A stretch of 62,775 nt of DNA, the filler included, from Candidatus Zapsychrus exili (GTDB taxonomy: Bacteria > Omnitrophota > Gorgyraeia > Zapsychrales > Zapsychraceae): NCBI GenBank assembly GCA_030765585.1. It is 5 parts of 5 records of this genome, joined end to end, with 100 filler letters (N's around TTAATTAATTAA, not from the genome) between each part and the next. Parts side by side here need not be neighbours in the genome. Positions count along the whole stretch, not along the records: positions 1 to 13,732 come from JAVCCJ010000052.1; positions 13,833 to 23,834 come from JAVCCJ010000122.1; 3 more parts are not named here. One strand, written 5' to 3'. Positions within the stretch are counted from its first letter, which is position 1; each line of letters opens with the position of its first letter. Of the stretch, positions 10,826-21,457 are shown piece after piece. The notes beneath the pieces were generated by a model. That model was not told the DNA's origin. It searched no databases and saw only the letters and a program-made list of their open reading frames with translations. Position numbers and translations under genes: made by a program.

Positions 10826-11851
10826 TTAGCTAGTTTCTTCTTTCGTGAAGCAGGAGACCCTGTTTCTTCCTTCTTTCTTAGATTGATATAAAGCCAAATC
10901 TGCTTTATCGATTAAATCATTTACATAGTATCCGTCTTTAGGCAAGCTTGATATGCCTATGCTAACAGTGACTTTAATAGATGTATCATATGCTCTTATA
11001 GAGTCTTGCTCAATTGCTGATCTAATACGCTCGGCAACATATTTTGCTCCCTTATATCCCGTATCTGGAAGTACGATACAAAATTCTTCTCCTCCGTAAC
11101 GTCCTGCGATATCTATTTCACGAATATTTTCTTTTATCATTGAACCAACTTCTCTTAAAACCTGATCTCCCGTTAAATGTCCATATTTGTCATTAAGATT
11201 TTTAAATAAATCTACATCAATCATAAGTGTTGCAAGATTAATTTCTATAGACCTTGAACGCTTAATTTCCTCTGCAAAACGCTCCAAAAGATATCGCCTT
11301 GTATGGACTCCCGTTAAACTATCAGTTATAGCAACCCTTTCTATTTCCTGATAAAGATCTACTCGTCTTAATGCTAGTGCAAATTGATGTCCTAAAATAG
11401 CAACTTTTTCTTTGTCTTTCTCGGAAACTCCGTCTACAAAAAGATAGCCTATTATTCTTCTCTTACCCTGTAATGTAAAAAGAAAATTATCTTCTGCCCT
11501 TTCTAAATCTTTAACCTCCTCAGAATCTGCTTTATAAAAATTACATGCCGTAAAAGAAACATGCTCGCTTAATTTCCGCTTAAATGTCTTAAAAGCTTCT
11601 TCTTCGCTTAAACTTTGTGTAATTTCCTTTGTAATTTCATAAAGAGTAAATATTTTAATAGCCTCTTCTTCTAACTCCATCTTTTCTTTAAATAAAAGAT
11701 CTTTCTTTTCACGAAGTTCATTTAACTCCCGCATTTCATTTTCAAACTTATCATCAAAGTCCAAAATGAATTCTTTAGAAAATTTCTTTATTACAACAAC
11801 AACTAAAACGATATAAAGAAAAATTAAAATTGTTGGCATTATAGTTTCCAT
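10826..11851 (-). CDS. Membrane-anchored diguanylate cyclase
   Basis: N-terminal TM helix, coiled coil, DSLTG, GGEEF active site, RxxD I-site (REID). Confidence 0.9.
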   Translation of the reverse strand: METIMPTILIFLYIVLVVVVIKKFSKEFILDFDDKFENEMRELNELREKKDLLFKEKMELEEEAIKIFTLYEITKEITQSLSEEEAFKTFKRKLSEHVSFTACNFYKADSEEVKDLERAEDNFLFTLQGKRRIIGYLFVDGVSEKDKEKVAILGHQFALALRRVDLYQEIERVAITDSLTGVHTRRYLLERFAEEIKRSRSIEINLATLMIDVDLFKNLNDKYGHLTGDQVLREVGSMIKENIREIDIAGRYGGEEFCIVLPDTGYKGAKYVAERIRSAIEQDSIRAYDTSIKVTVSIGISSLPKDGYYVNDLIDKADLALYQSKKEGRNRVSCFTKEETS

Positions 11852-11863
11852 ATTATTTCACTA

Positions 11864-13159
11864 TTAAGCGACACAAACCTTATCTCTTCCTGTATTTTTA
11901 GCTTCATAAAGAGCCAAGTCTGCTTTATGAATTAAATCTTCTTTTATTTGCGCATCTTCGGGAAAAGTAGCAACACCTAACGATATCGTTATATTAGTTT
12001 TTTTACGCCTTAAATAAATAGTTTCATTCGCCACTTTTTCTCTTATCCCATTTGCAAGCGCTGAAGCCTTTTCTTTGTCACAATCAGGAAGAAGAACACA
12101 AAATTCTTCACCACCATAACGACATACTAAGCTTCCCGGATCGTTAAAAAATTCTTTTAACATCTCCCCAACAGATTTAAGAACAATATCTCCTGCTATA
12201 TGTCCAAAACTATCGTTATAATTTTTAAAATAATCCAAATCTATCATAATAAAAGACATAGGGCTCTTACTTCTTAAATGTCTACTAACTTCTTTTGGCA
12301 TTCTTTCAAAAAGGTACCTTCTTAAATATAAATCAGTTAGTCCATCTCTAATCGCTAATTGTTCTACCCTCTCATATAGCTGTGCATTTTCAATTGCAAC
12401 AGCTCCCAAATCTCCGATTGTCATTAAAAACCTAAGATCTTCCGTGGTGAAATGCTTTTCTACTGAACTATCAATTCGCAAAATTCCTAACGCTTTGTGA
12501 CCAACTACAAGCGGCACACTTATAAGAGAACGAATAACTCTTGCTTCATCATACTGAATATTATCAGTATCGAAACGAAAATCATTTCTTATATCCTCAA
12601 TAAACAACGGTTGCATAGTTTTAACTACCCATCGGTCAAACACATCACCTTGTTTTAATCTAATATTAACTCTCATCTCACCTTTATGTGACGACGATAT
12701 GCCCAAATCTCCAGTCTTTGAGTGAAACAAATAAAGAATTATCGTAGTTTCTTTGTAACCAAAAAGCTTGTTAACTTCCTCTGAAAAAGTCTTTGAAGTT
12801 TCATCTAAATATACACACATACTTAGTTTTTCTGTTAAACCTTTAAGCTCTGAGAAACTAACAATTTTCTCTCTAAACGATTCGATAGCTTTGTTTTCAG
12901 ACACAATCCCTGCTTCTTCTAGATTTTTTCTTTCTTTTAAGTCTTCTATGTGAAGTTCTATCTCTGATTTTCTTAAAGAAAGCTTATGGTTGGAGGGGAC
13001 TAGATACGCAATAACTGCTACAGCAGCAACTATTAAAAATATAAAGAATGAGTTGTTTAAGGCAGTGGCGTAGATATAAAACGCCACCAAAGGAATTGTT
13101 AGCGCAGATATAATAAAAATTCGCGACTTAAATAATTGTTTTTTCAGTTTCTTTGTCAA
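11864..13159 (-). CDS. Membrane-anchored GAF + GGDEF diguanylate cyclase
   Basis: Two TM helices, GAF domain (SLISVPL...FTTEDLRFL...AIENAQLY), DGLT, RYGGEEF; TTG start uncertain. Confidence 0.88.
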   Translation of the reverse strand: MTKKLKKQLFKSRIFIISALTIPLVAFYIYATALNNSFFIFLIVAAVAVIAYLVPSNHKLSLRKSEIELHIEDLKERKNLEEAGIVSENKAIESFREKIVSFSELKGLTEKLSMCVYLDETSKTFSEEVNKLFGYKETTIILYLFHSKTGDLGISSSHKGEMRVNIRLKQGDVFDRWVVKTMQPLFIEDIRNDFRFDTDNIQYDEARVIRSLISVPLVVGHKALGILRIDSSVEKHFTTEDLRFLMTIGDLGAVAIENAQLYERVEQLAIRDGLTDLYLRRYLFERMPKEVSRHLRSKSPMSFIMIDLDYFKNYNDSFGHIAGDIVLKSVGEMLKEFFNDPGSLVCRYGGEEFCVLLPDCDKEKASALANGIREKVANETIYLRRKKTNITISLGVATFPEDAQIKEDLIHKADLALYEAKNTGRDKVCVA

Positions 13160-13732
13160 AAAAATGCACCTTGCTCATATCGAATACGAAATCCATATCC
13201 TTATTAACATCTGGCTTGTTATGAGCTCCAACACGAGCTATAAAAATATGTTTTCCAGAATTTAAATATAGATAGACTTCTGATCCTAAAGGCTCTACAA
13301 CCTCACAAGCAGCACAAACAGTGTTTTCGGGCGATACATCAGAGACAAATAGTTTGTCATATATGTCTTCAGCTCTAATACCAAGTGTCACTTCACGTCC
13401 AACATAAGGCATTATACTTTGATGCATTTCCTCTACTATTTTGACCTTAAATTTACCTTCATCAAAATAATATTTACGTTCACTTTTTATTATTCGACCT
13501 TCTAATAAATTTATTGGTGGAGAACCTATAAAGCTAGCTACAAACTTGTTAGCTGGCTTATCATAAATCGACATAGGGTCGTCGCATTGCTGTATTTCTC
13601 CGTCCTTCATTACAACAATTCTATCTCCCAATGTTAATGCTTCAACTTGGTCATGTGTAACATATATAAATGTTGTTTGAAGTCTTAGTCGTAATTTATG
13701 TATTTCCGTACGCATCTGAACACGCATCTTTG
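13128..13732 (-). CDS. Sugar ABC transporter ATP-binding protein (MalK/UgpC family), 5'-truncated by contig end
   Basis: YVTHDQVEA H-loop, PANKFVASFIGSP, VVEPLGSE TOBE domain. Confidence 0.9.
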
Positions 13733-13832
13733 NNNNNNNNNNNNNNNNNNNNNNNNNNNNNNNNNNNNNNNNNNNNTTAATTAATTAANNNNNNNNNNNN
13801 NNNNNNNNNNNNNNNNNNNNNNNNNNNNNNNN
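13733..13832. other. Artificial contig linker
   Basis: N44-TTAATTAATTAA-N44, stops in all six frames. Confidence 0.98.
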
Positions 13833-13954
13833 AATCTTATAGGTATTCTTCAAAAGCTAATTTTGAGACTTTAATGAATATTTATGAAAAGTCTATTGCA
13901 AACAATAATATAAGTAATTAAATAAACTTTACTAAGTAGGTTACCGGAGGGCAT

Positions 13955-15397
13955 ATGAATTGTGTAAAATCATTTTTTAGCAGGCTAGAAAATCCTAAGA
14001 ATTTTAAAATGGGACTTATTATAGTATTTTTATTGTGTTTTTCTTACTGGATATTCTTGATGTTTACCACTGAGATGTATGTTGTTTTTGATGCTAAAGG
14101 CTATCTTGATATAGGAGAAATGATACATAATAAGGGCTGGGTGGAATTCTTTAAGACAGGTCCAAACAGAGAGCCTATGTATCCAGCCATCATATCTTCA
14201 TCAATTAGTATTGGAGAAGCGTTTAATGTTCCATATCAGTTTATTCTTAAAGCTATTCAAGTTGGCTTGCTTTTTTTAACTCAAATTTTAATGTTAAAAT
14301 TATTAAATATACTAAAAATTAATAGGGCGGTTTCTTTAGTTACATTATTATATTGTGGATTTTCTCCAGCATTAGTGAATTCAGCTTTTAGCATGTTTTC
14401 TGAAATTTGCACTTTACCATCTATTTTGTTGTTGGTTTTATGCTTGATAAAATCTTGGAACAGCATAAGAGATAAAAGAGTTTCTGGCGCTGTTAAGATG
14501 GGGCTAGTTACTTCATTTGCATTCTTATTGTGTATTCTGAGTAAGGGTGTATTTTTGGGAGTTTTTATGATAGTTATGGCAGCTATTTTAATTAATGGTG
14601 TGTTGGCTTATTTTAGAAAAGATATAAAATATTTTTTAAATTCACTTATATTTATTTTAGTTTCACTTTGTATGATTTTTAGTTTCATGTTTTGCTATAT
14701 GAATGCAAATAAAACATATAATGGTCATTTTCAGTATACTAATCGTTTTACAGATATATTATATGGAACTGCTTATAAGAGAACTCAAAAAGTTACTCCT
14801 CGCATAATCGGTGCGCATATAGCAACAATACCTGGTAAGGGCGTATGCAGAAGATTTTTTAGTGAAGAAGAATGTGTTTATTGCGAAGCATATTCTGCTG
14901 ATTATTTTGCAGCCAGTAAATTGCCAGCTTTACTTGAAAATATTTCAGTTGAAGATAGGGATTCTGAGGTGGTAAGACTTTCCGTAGAACAGGCTTTGAC
15001 AAATCCTGTTCAATATGTTCTTTTTATGTTTTATGAGGCATCAAGAATGCCTTTTTGGGAGTCGACTAAAGTAGGCTTTGTTAAGTATCCTGATTTCTTA
15101 GAAAATATTTTTTCCTTTGGATTATTTAAAGATACATTAAGGTTGCTTGTTTCATTGGTAACTATTATATCAGTTATATACTTAGCTATTTTTTGTTTTA
15201 GAGAAAGAAAGGGCATATTTAATCATTTAAGCTGTAATGATCAGGCTAGATTATTGTTTATAATGCTTTTCTTGATTTGTGCTTTTACATCATTTTTTAT
15301 GATGACATTTATTTTAACAAGATACGCGTTTCCAATTGTGCCTATATATTTATTGTCTATAGCATTTTGGATGCACAATTTAATAAAACAAGATTAA
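13955..15397 (+). CDS. Polytopic membrane protein, GT-C (ArnT/PMT-like) glycosyltransferase candidate
   Basis: About 11-12 hydrophobic segments; FDAKGY, REPMYP in first loop, SE motif, TRYAFP near C-terminus; lies next to GT2. Confidence 0.6.
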   Translation: MNCVKSFFSRLENPKNFKMGLIIVFLLCFSYWIFLMFTTEMYVVFDAKGYLDIGEMIHNKGWVEFFKTGPNREPMYPAIISSSISIGEAFNVPYQFILKAIQVGLLFLTQILMLKLLNILKINRAVSLVTLLYCGFSPALVNSAFSMFSEICTLPSILLLVLCLIKSWNSIRDKRVSGAVKMGLVTSFAFLLCILSKGVFLGVFMIVMAAILINGVLAYFRKDIKYFLNSLIFILVSLCMIFSFMFCYMNANKTYNGHFQYTNRFTDILYGTAYKRTQKVTPRIIGAHIATIPGKGVCRRFFSEEECVYCEAYSADYFAASKLPALLENISVEDRDSEVVRLSVEQALTNPVQYVLFMFYEASRMPFWESTKVGFVKYPDFLENIFSFGLFKDTLRLLVSLVTIISVIYLAIFCFRERKGIFNHLSCNDQARLLFIMLFLICAFTSFFMMTFILTRYAFPIVPIYLLSIAFWMHNLIKQD

Positions 15398-15418
15398 TTA
15401 TTCAAAAGAAAGGTTTTT

Positions 15419-16141
15419 ATGCCAGTTTCCGAGAAGAAATTTAAATTATCTACAGTTATTCCAGTATACAACGATGAAGATACTATAGTTGAACTAGTTA
15501 ATCTTGTTAAAAATGCTAGAGTTCAAGATTGTGTAGAAAAAGAGATTATAGTTATAGACGATGGTTCGGATGATGGAACCAAAGATAAGCTAAAGTCTTT
15601 TGAAACTGGAGATACTTTTAGAATTATTAGAAAAGATAAGAACGAGGGAAAAACAAGTGCAGTAAAGATAGGAATAAAAGAGGCTGCAGGTGATTTTATT
15701 CTAATACAAGATGCTGATTTAGAATATTCTCCAGAATTTTACTATGACCTTTTAGACCCAATTTTAAATGATGCTAAAGAAGTTGTCTACGGTTCGAGAT
15801 TTATGGGCAATATAAAAAATATGACAATTGTTAATCGTACTGCAAATAGAATTTCTAATTTAACTATTAATTTACTTTTTGGAAGCAAGATAACGGATTT
15901 TCATACTTGTTTTAAGATGTTTAAAGCAGATGTTTTAAAAAGCGTGGATATAGAATCTAGAAAGTTTTCATTTGATACTGAGGTTACGGCAAAGCTTGTA
16001 AGAAAGGGTCATTTTATACATGAGATTCCAATTAGCTATGTTGCAAGAAAAAAAGGGAAGAAAATAACTTGGGGACAGGCATTAGAGGCATATTTTGTTC
16101 TTATTAAGTGTAGATTCGCTAATTATGAGGCAAAGAAATAG
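15419..16141 (+). CDS. GT2 glycosyltransferase (DPM1-like polyprenol-phosphate type)
   Basis: VIPVYND, IDDGSDDGT, IQDADLEY, VYGSRF. Confidence 0.9.
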   Translation: MPVSEKKFKLSTVIPVYNDEDTIVELVNLVKNARVQDCVEKEIIVIDDGSDDGTKDKLKSFETGDTFRIIRKDKNEGKTSAVKIGIKEAAGDFILIQDADLEYSPEFYYDLLDPILNDAKEVVYGSRFMGNIKNMTIVNRTANRISNLTINLLFGSKITDFHTCFKMFKADVLKSVDIESRKFSFDTEVTAKLVRKGHFIHEIPISYVARKKGKKITWGQALEAYFVLIKCRFANYEAKK

Positions 16142-16667
16142 GTGGGATTAAGCCAAGGTTTTAAGAAGTATTTTTGTAACTTTAGTGGTTTGGTCAGCAA
16201 TTATTCGTTGTTTGGGTCCTGATCAGTATGAAGTTTTTAGCTATACATTAGGTTCTTATTAAATAAATAGTAGTCTATCATAATTTCAGGCTTAGACATT
16301 TCTATTTATATGCGAGTAGATCGGATTATGGTCAAATGGATGTTGGTAATCAGACAAATGGATATTATTCTTCAGATGCAAGAACTAGTGAGGCATTTTG
16401 CTTCTTAAGCAAGATTGTGTGTTTTTAGATAATAATATAATTAAATTGTCTGAAGATCTTAAGTTAAGGGAGAGGGTGGGGTAGATGCCTCGTGAAAGAT
16501 ATTTAGAATTCTATGTTTCAGATAAGTGTGGAGCATTAACGATAGAGACTATTAATAATATTGAAAATATTGAATAAGAGCGGATTGTTTTAAGCTCTTT
16601 TAAGTAGGATTCTTATGGTGAAACTGTTGAATGTTTATTTTGTTATTGTTACTTTAACATATATAGT

Positions 16668-18314
16668 TTGGAGGGCTGTAATATTTTTAGAAAGAATGTT
16701 TTAAGCCTAGGGCATATCCCAACAGCACTTCTTGTGATTGGTTATGTTGTTTTTTGGATAGAGCTGTATTTATTTAATACTGCTTCTGGAAAAACATCTT
16801 TGCTAGCGCCAGGGATTCTTTCTTTAGTATCTATTTTTGTTTTGGTTAACAATTTAACTAAAATAAAATTATTTATAAAATCTATAAAAGATTCTTTTTT
16901 GAGACAAAGTTTATTTAGCAAAGTGTTTATTGTTTTGGGATGCGTAATTGCGTCTGCCATAATTGGCATTACTTTTTATGCATCGTTGTTTTCGCCGCAT
17001 TTAATTCAGGAATATGATTCTCTTAATTATCATATGACTTTGCCTCGTCAGCATTTGATTTTAAATTCTTTTAAGCATATAAGATGGTCATCGGCAGATT
17101 TGTTCCCTTTGCCAATAGACTTTGCTCTTGCGCCGTATTGGTTTTCTACAAGCCTGCCTAACAAATTTCCAAACTATATATTTTTTATAGGATTAATGTT
17201 TGTTTCAGTATCTTTGATTAATTCCTTAAAGTGCAAGTCGCTTTTAAGTAAACTAACAATTGTTTTTTCAATTTTAGGACTGCACGCTTTTGGTGTACAG
17301 GCAGGTACAGCTATGTTAGATATTATTTTATGTTATCTTTTTATTGCCGCTTTAGACAGTTTTTTAAACAAGCGTTACTTGCTAGCTTTGACCGAGGTTA
17401 CGTTTTTATTTTGGTCAAAATCTTTTATTCCGATACAGATTGTTGTGCTTTTGATATCTATTTTTGTAATTTATAAGATATTGATAAGACTTAAATTTTC
17501 TTTAAGATTGGTGTTAGAAGATGAAGGAGGACTGGTAAGGTTTTCTATGGATAAGAAAATGAAGGCAAGACTTTCTATGGCTTTTGTGATTTTAAGTTTA
17601 CTTGTAGGCGGGCCATTTTTGATTAAATCTACTTATTATTCGGGGACACCTTTGTATCCATTCTTTCCCGGAATATTAAAGATAAATAAGAATATAGATT
17701 ATGAGTCGGCAAATTGGAAATCAATAGAGTTATGTGCTAAAGAGCATATGATATCAAAAGATTCGTATGGACATGGCCGGTCGCCTGTAGACTTTATAAA
17801 GCATTTTTGGCTAATATCCGTGCCAGAAAAAGGTGTTAACAATAGCTTTGATTACCCAGTTGGTTTGCCATATCTACTTTTTTTAGGTCCTTTTATTTTT
17901 CTTTTTATGATATCTATTAAAAGAAGACATATTCCGCTAATACCTTTGTATATTGTTTTATCTTGGTTGACGTGGTGGTTTGGATCGCAACAATCACGCT
18001 TTCTTTTTATTTCTATTATGCTTATGATTATCGTTGTTTTGAAAGAAGTAAAGCCAACTAACATATTGTTATTAGCTGTTATAATAGCTATGACTTTTAA
18101 TTTATTGTCACTTTATCGTTCGCATAAAATTGATTTTGGTAAGTCTGGATTTGAAGTATTAAGACAAAAAGATAAAGAGCTTATTGATTTATCAAAGAAA
18201 TATTATAGTGATAATGTGAAGGGACCAATAGAATTAGATTATCCTGATGTCGCATTTGCAGGATTTCCTGTCTCTGTCGTAAAAAGTCGGCCACCATTTA
18301 TTCTAGAACTTTAA
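16668..18314 (+). CDS. Polytopic membrane protein, GT-C-like
   Basis: Many TM segments, YDSLNYH loop motif, GTPLYPF, QQSRFL; TTG start uncertain. Confidence 0.55.
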   Translation: MEGCNIFRKNVLSLGHIPTALLVIGYVVFWIELYLFNTASGKTSLLAPGILSLVSIFVLVNNLTKIKLFIKSIKDSFLRQSLFSKVFIVLGCVIASAIIGITFYASLFSPHLIQEYDSLNYHMTLPRQHLILNSFKHIRWSSADLFPLPIDFALAPYWFSTSLPNKFPNYIFFIGLMFVSVSLINSLKCKSLLSKLTIVFSILGLHAFGVQAGTAMLDIILCYLFIAALDSFLNKRYLLALTEVTFLFWSKSFIPIQIVVLLISIFVIYKILIRLKFSLRLVLEDEGGLVRFSMDKKMKARLSMAFVILSLLVGGPFLIKSTYYSGTPLYPFFPGILKINKNIDYESANWKSIELCAKEHMISKDSYGHGRSPVDFIKHFWLISVPEKGVNNSFDYPVGLPYLLFLGPFIFLFMISIKRRHIPLIPLYIVLSWLTWWFGSQQSRFLFISIMLMIIVVLKEVKPTNILLLAVIIAMTFNLLSLYRSHKIDFGKSGFEVLRQKDKELIDLSKKYYSDNVKGPIELDYPDVAFAGFPVSVVKSRPPFILEL

Positions 18315-18329
18315 AGTAGGGAGCGTATT

Positions 18330-19049
18330 ATGAAATTAAGCGTTTTAATACCAGTATTTAATGAAAAAGATACAATAGAGCCTGTTGTAGGTAAAGTTTT
18401 ATCTCAAAAAGTAGACGGAATAGATTCTCTTGAGATTGTTATAGTGGATGACGCTTCATCCGACGGAACAGATGGTATTATAAAATCTCTTATATCAAAA
18501 CATGATGGTAAGGTCATAAGCTTAGTGCATGATAAGAACAGAGGCAAAGGAGCAGCTATTAAAACAGCGATTGATGCTATGACTGGTGATATCTGTATTA
18601 TTCAAGATGCAGATCTTGAATATGATCCAAAAGATTATCCAATTATGTTAGAGCCTATAATAAGTGGTATTGCTGATTGTGTGTATGGGTCTCGTTTTGT
18701 TGGTATGCAATCAAAGAGAGTGTTATTTTTCTGGCATTTTTTAGGTAATAAGTTTTTAACACTTTTAAGTAATATATTTACTAATTTAAATCTTACAGAT
18801 ATGGAGACATGTTACAAAGCGTTTAAGTGTGATATCCTAAAAACAATTCCAATACGCTCAGCACGATTCGGTTTTGAGCCAGAGATTACAGCAAAGATAT
18901 CAAAACGTAAATTGCGTATCTATGAGGTTGGCATTAGCTATAGAGGTAGAACTTATGAAGAAGGTAAGAAGATAACTTGGGTTGACGGTGTTAAAGCCGC
19001 TTTCTTAATACTAAAATTTTGGATTATAAACGATTCTGCAAAAAAGTAG
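18330..19049 (+). CDS. GT2 glycosyltransferase (DPM1-like)
   Basis: VDDASSDGT, NRGKGAA, IQDADLEYDP, TDMETCYK, GRTYEEGKKI. Confidence 0.92.
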   Translation: MKLSVLIPVFNEKDTIEPVVGKVLSQKVDGIDSLEIVIVDDASSDGTDGIIKSLISKHDGKVISLVHDKNRGKGAAIKTAIDAMTGDICIIQDADLEYDPKDYPIMLEPIISGIADCVYGSRFVGMQSKRVLFFWHFLGNKFLTLLSNIFTNLNLTDMETCYKAFKCDILKTIPIRSARFGFEPEITAKISKRKLRIYEVGISYRGRTYEEGKKITWVDGVKAAFLILKFWIINDSAKK

Positions 19050-19259
19050 TAGGATTTAAAGATTTAGCTAACCATATTTAATATTTATGAATTTTTATGT
19101 TTAGTCCATAGAGTTAGTTTTTTAGTAGACTAAGAAAGTTATCTTGCTTGTTAAGTGTGAAAATAAATAGTAGGTTACTTTTGATATTTATTTTGCGGAA
19201 AAGCTATAATTTTGACGAAATAAATTTAATGTTATAGGTAATTAAAGGGAGTTGTTTGA

Positions 19260-21170
19260 ATGAATTATATTCAATTTTTCATGTTTTTTGTTTGCATTGG
19301 CTCTATTTTTTGTTTGGGAGTTTATGTTTACAAAATGATCAATAATGTTGATGCTGGATATATGAATCGATTTTTACATCTGGGAGAAGTTCTTATGCTG
19401 GGAAGTATTGTTTTGGCAGGAGAAATGCTTCTATTGTCTCTTTTGAAACTCTATACAGCACAATTTTTATGGTCAGTAGTTTTCTTGAATTATTTTGTGT
19501 TGATTAATAGAGATGTCAGGCTTAAGGTTAAAGAACTTTTTTCTTTAAATATAAGTTGGGATATTCCACTTTTTGGATTTATTTTTCTTATTGGATTCTT
19601 CATGTTTAGGAACTGTTATTTTTTGTCTGATGGAGATTCTCACTCTACATATCTATTAGCGCAAAAGTTATGGCTTGAGAATAAAACGAGTATTTTCGGA
19701 AATGCTTCTATGGATATTAAGATATTTGTTCCACATTTTAATGCTGTATTCTATGGATTGGGCTTAAGTGTTTTCCCAAAAGAGACTCTTTTTCCTCAAT
19801 TGATTGTTGCGTTTTGGACCGTAGTCGTATCTATTTTGGTTTTTGGATATACAAGTTATAGATTTAATCGGTGGTATGCAATTTCAGCTGTGATGTTTGT
19901 ATTATTTAATGACCACATCTATTATTCTGGAGCTAATAATTGCGTTATTATTAATAGTGCTTTGATAGCGCTCTTTTTTTCTGTTAGTTACAATTTTCTA
20001 GAAAGTAGAACTACAGGTGGATCGTTTAGATTTCTTTTGGCATTAATTTTCTTAACACAATTTATGGCAAACAAATATCAGGTCTTTTATGTAACTGTTT
20101 CTATGTTTATAGTTGGAATATTAATTCAAAAGCAACTTTTAAGCAATGTAAGAAGTATTTTATTTGACAAGAAGAAATTGGTTACACTTGTCATTGCAGC
20201 AATAATAATGCTTTTATGGTATATAAAGAATCAACTTGCTGTAGGTTTGGCAACCTTTCCTATATTAGCTGACAAGTTTGATATTTTAAACTGGAATTCT
20301 GAGATGGTTAATATTTTTGGCAAGGTATATCTAGGATCCATAGCGCCAGATAAATTCTTAAAATATATGAATTATATGTTTATATGGCCTGGAATCAAGG
20401 TATCTAAAATAGTTATAGTAACTATTTCATTGTTGCCGCTTTTCATTATGTTTTCAATTTCAAGAAATAGAGTAAGGGTAAAATCTGTATTTGAGCTTTG
20501 TTATTGGCTTTTTGTTTCGATCATTGTTGTGGCAGGTACTTGTATTGTTAGTTATGTTGATCCTAGGCATTATAGATATGGAATTGCGATTCTCGCTTTT
20601 ACATCAGTATTGTCGATAGATTATATTTTTCAAAAGGTTATAGGTCTGAGAAATACATTTTTTATTGGCATTGTTATTTTTGTTTTATCTGTAGCTAACT
20701 ATAGAATAATGTTTGATCAGGGGGGGGCTTTTAAAAGGCCCTTGATCGAGGAAAATGTAGGTGTAATTCTCGACAAAGTTCATTTTGAAGATGTTGAAGA
20801 AAAATATTTTCCATACAATACAATTGTCATGAAAAGTTTGAAGAAAAATAAAGATAAGTTTTTAAAGGGAGCTTGGGATGTAGGCGAAGGGGGTATGCAG
20901 AAATTATCTGCATTTTTATTGCCTACTCGTCCTCAAGTTGGCTTGTGGAGCACAACGCTTGTTAAATGGGATTCTTACGAGGATGAAAAGTTAATAGTAA
21001 AAGATTTATCGGATGCTGGCTTAGAATGGGTAATGCGCGTTGAAAATAAAGAACTAAAATATTTTAATTTAGACGAATATGCGAAAAAAGCAGTTAAGGA
21101 AGAAAGGTTTCCAAAGAAGGTGTTTTTTAACTATAATTTTCCCGAAGAGTTGACGGAGGTTAATTATTAG
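19260..21170 (+). CDS. Polytopic membrane protein, GT-C-like
   Basis: Many TM segments, GDSHSTY loop, WYIKN...FP, DPRHYRY, soluble C-terminal tail. Confidence 0.55.
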   Translation: MNYIQFFMFFVCIGSIFCLGVYVYKMINNVDAGYMNRFLHLGEVLMLGSIVLAGEMLLLSLLKLYTAQFLWSVVFLNYFVLINRDVRLKVKELFSLNISWDIPLFGFIFLIGFFMFRNCYFLSDGDSHSTYLLAQKLWLENKTSIFGNASMDIKIFVPHFNAVFYGLGLSVFPKETLFPQLIVAFWTVVVSILVFGYTSYRFNRWYAISAVMFVLFNDHIYYSGANNCVIINSALIALFFSVSYNFLESRTTGGSFRFLLALIFLTQFMANKYQVFYVTVSMFIVGILIQKQLLSNVRSILFDKKKLVTLVIAAIIMLLWYIKNQLAVGLATFPILADKFDILNWNSEMVNIFGKVYLGSIAPDKFLKYMNYMFIWPGIKVSKIVIVTISLLPLFIMFSISRNRVRVKSVFELCYWLFVSIIVVAGTCIVSYVDPRHYRYGIAILAFTSVLSIDYIFQKVIGLRNTFFIGIVIFVLSVANYRIMFDQGGAFKRPLIEENVGVILDKVHFEDVEEKYFPYNTIVMKSLKKNKDKFLKGAWDVGEGGMQKLSAFLLPTRPQVGLWSTTLVKWDSYEDEKLIVKDLSDAGLEWVMRVENKELKYFNLDEYAKKAVKEERFPKKVFFNYNFPEELTEVNY

Positions 21171-21457
21171 TAATAAGTAGCTTTTAACACATAATAAGAA
21201 AATTTCTTGTGGTATATGCTTGTATGATAACTTGTAAAGATTGGAGATGTGAGCTATGTTGTTTAATTCAGTTAATTTTGTTATTTTCTTAATACTAAAA
21301 TTCTGGATTACAAACGATTCTATAAAAAAATAGTTTAAAATAGTTGTAAATAATTGCTATATAAAAATTCTTCCCCTAAATCCGCTCTTATGGTATTCTA
21401 TTTCAACCTAAAGTTGTTTATTATCAATATCTTACAAAATAAATATTTATAATTAAT

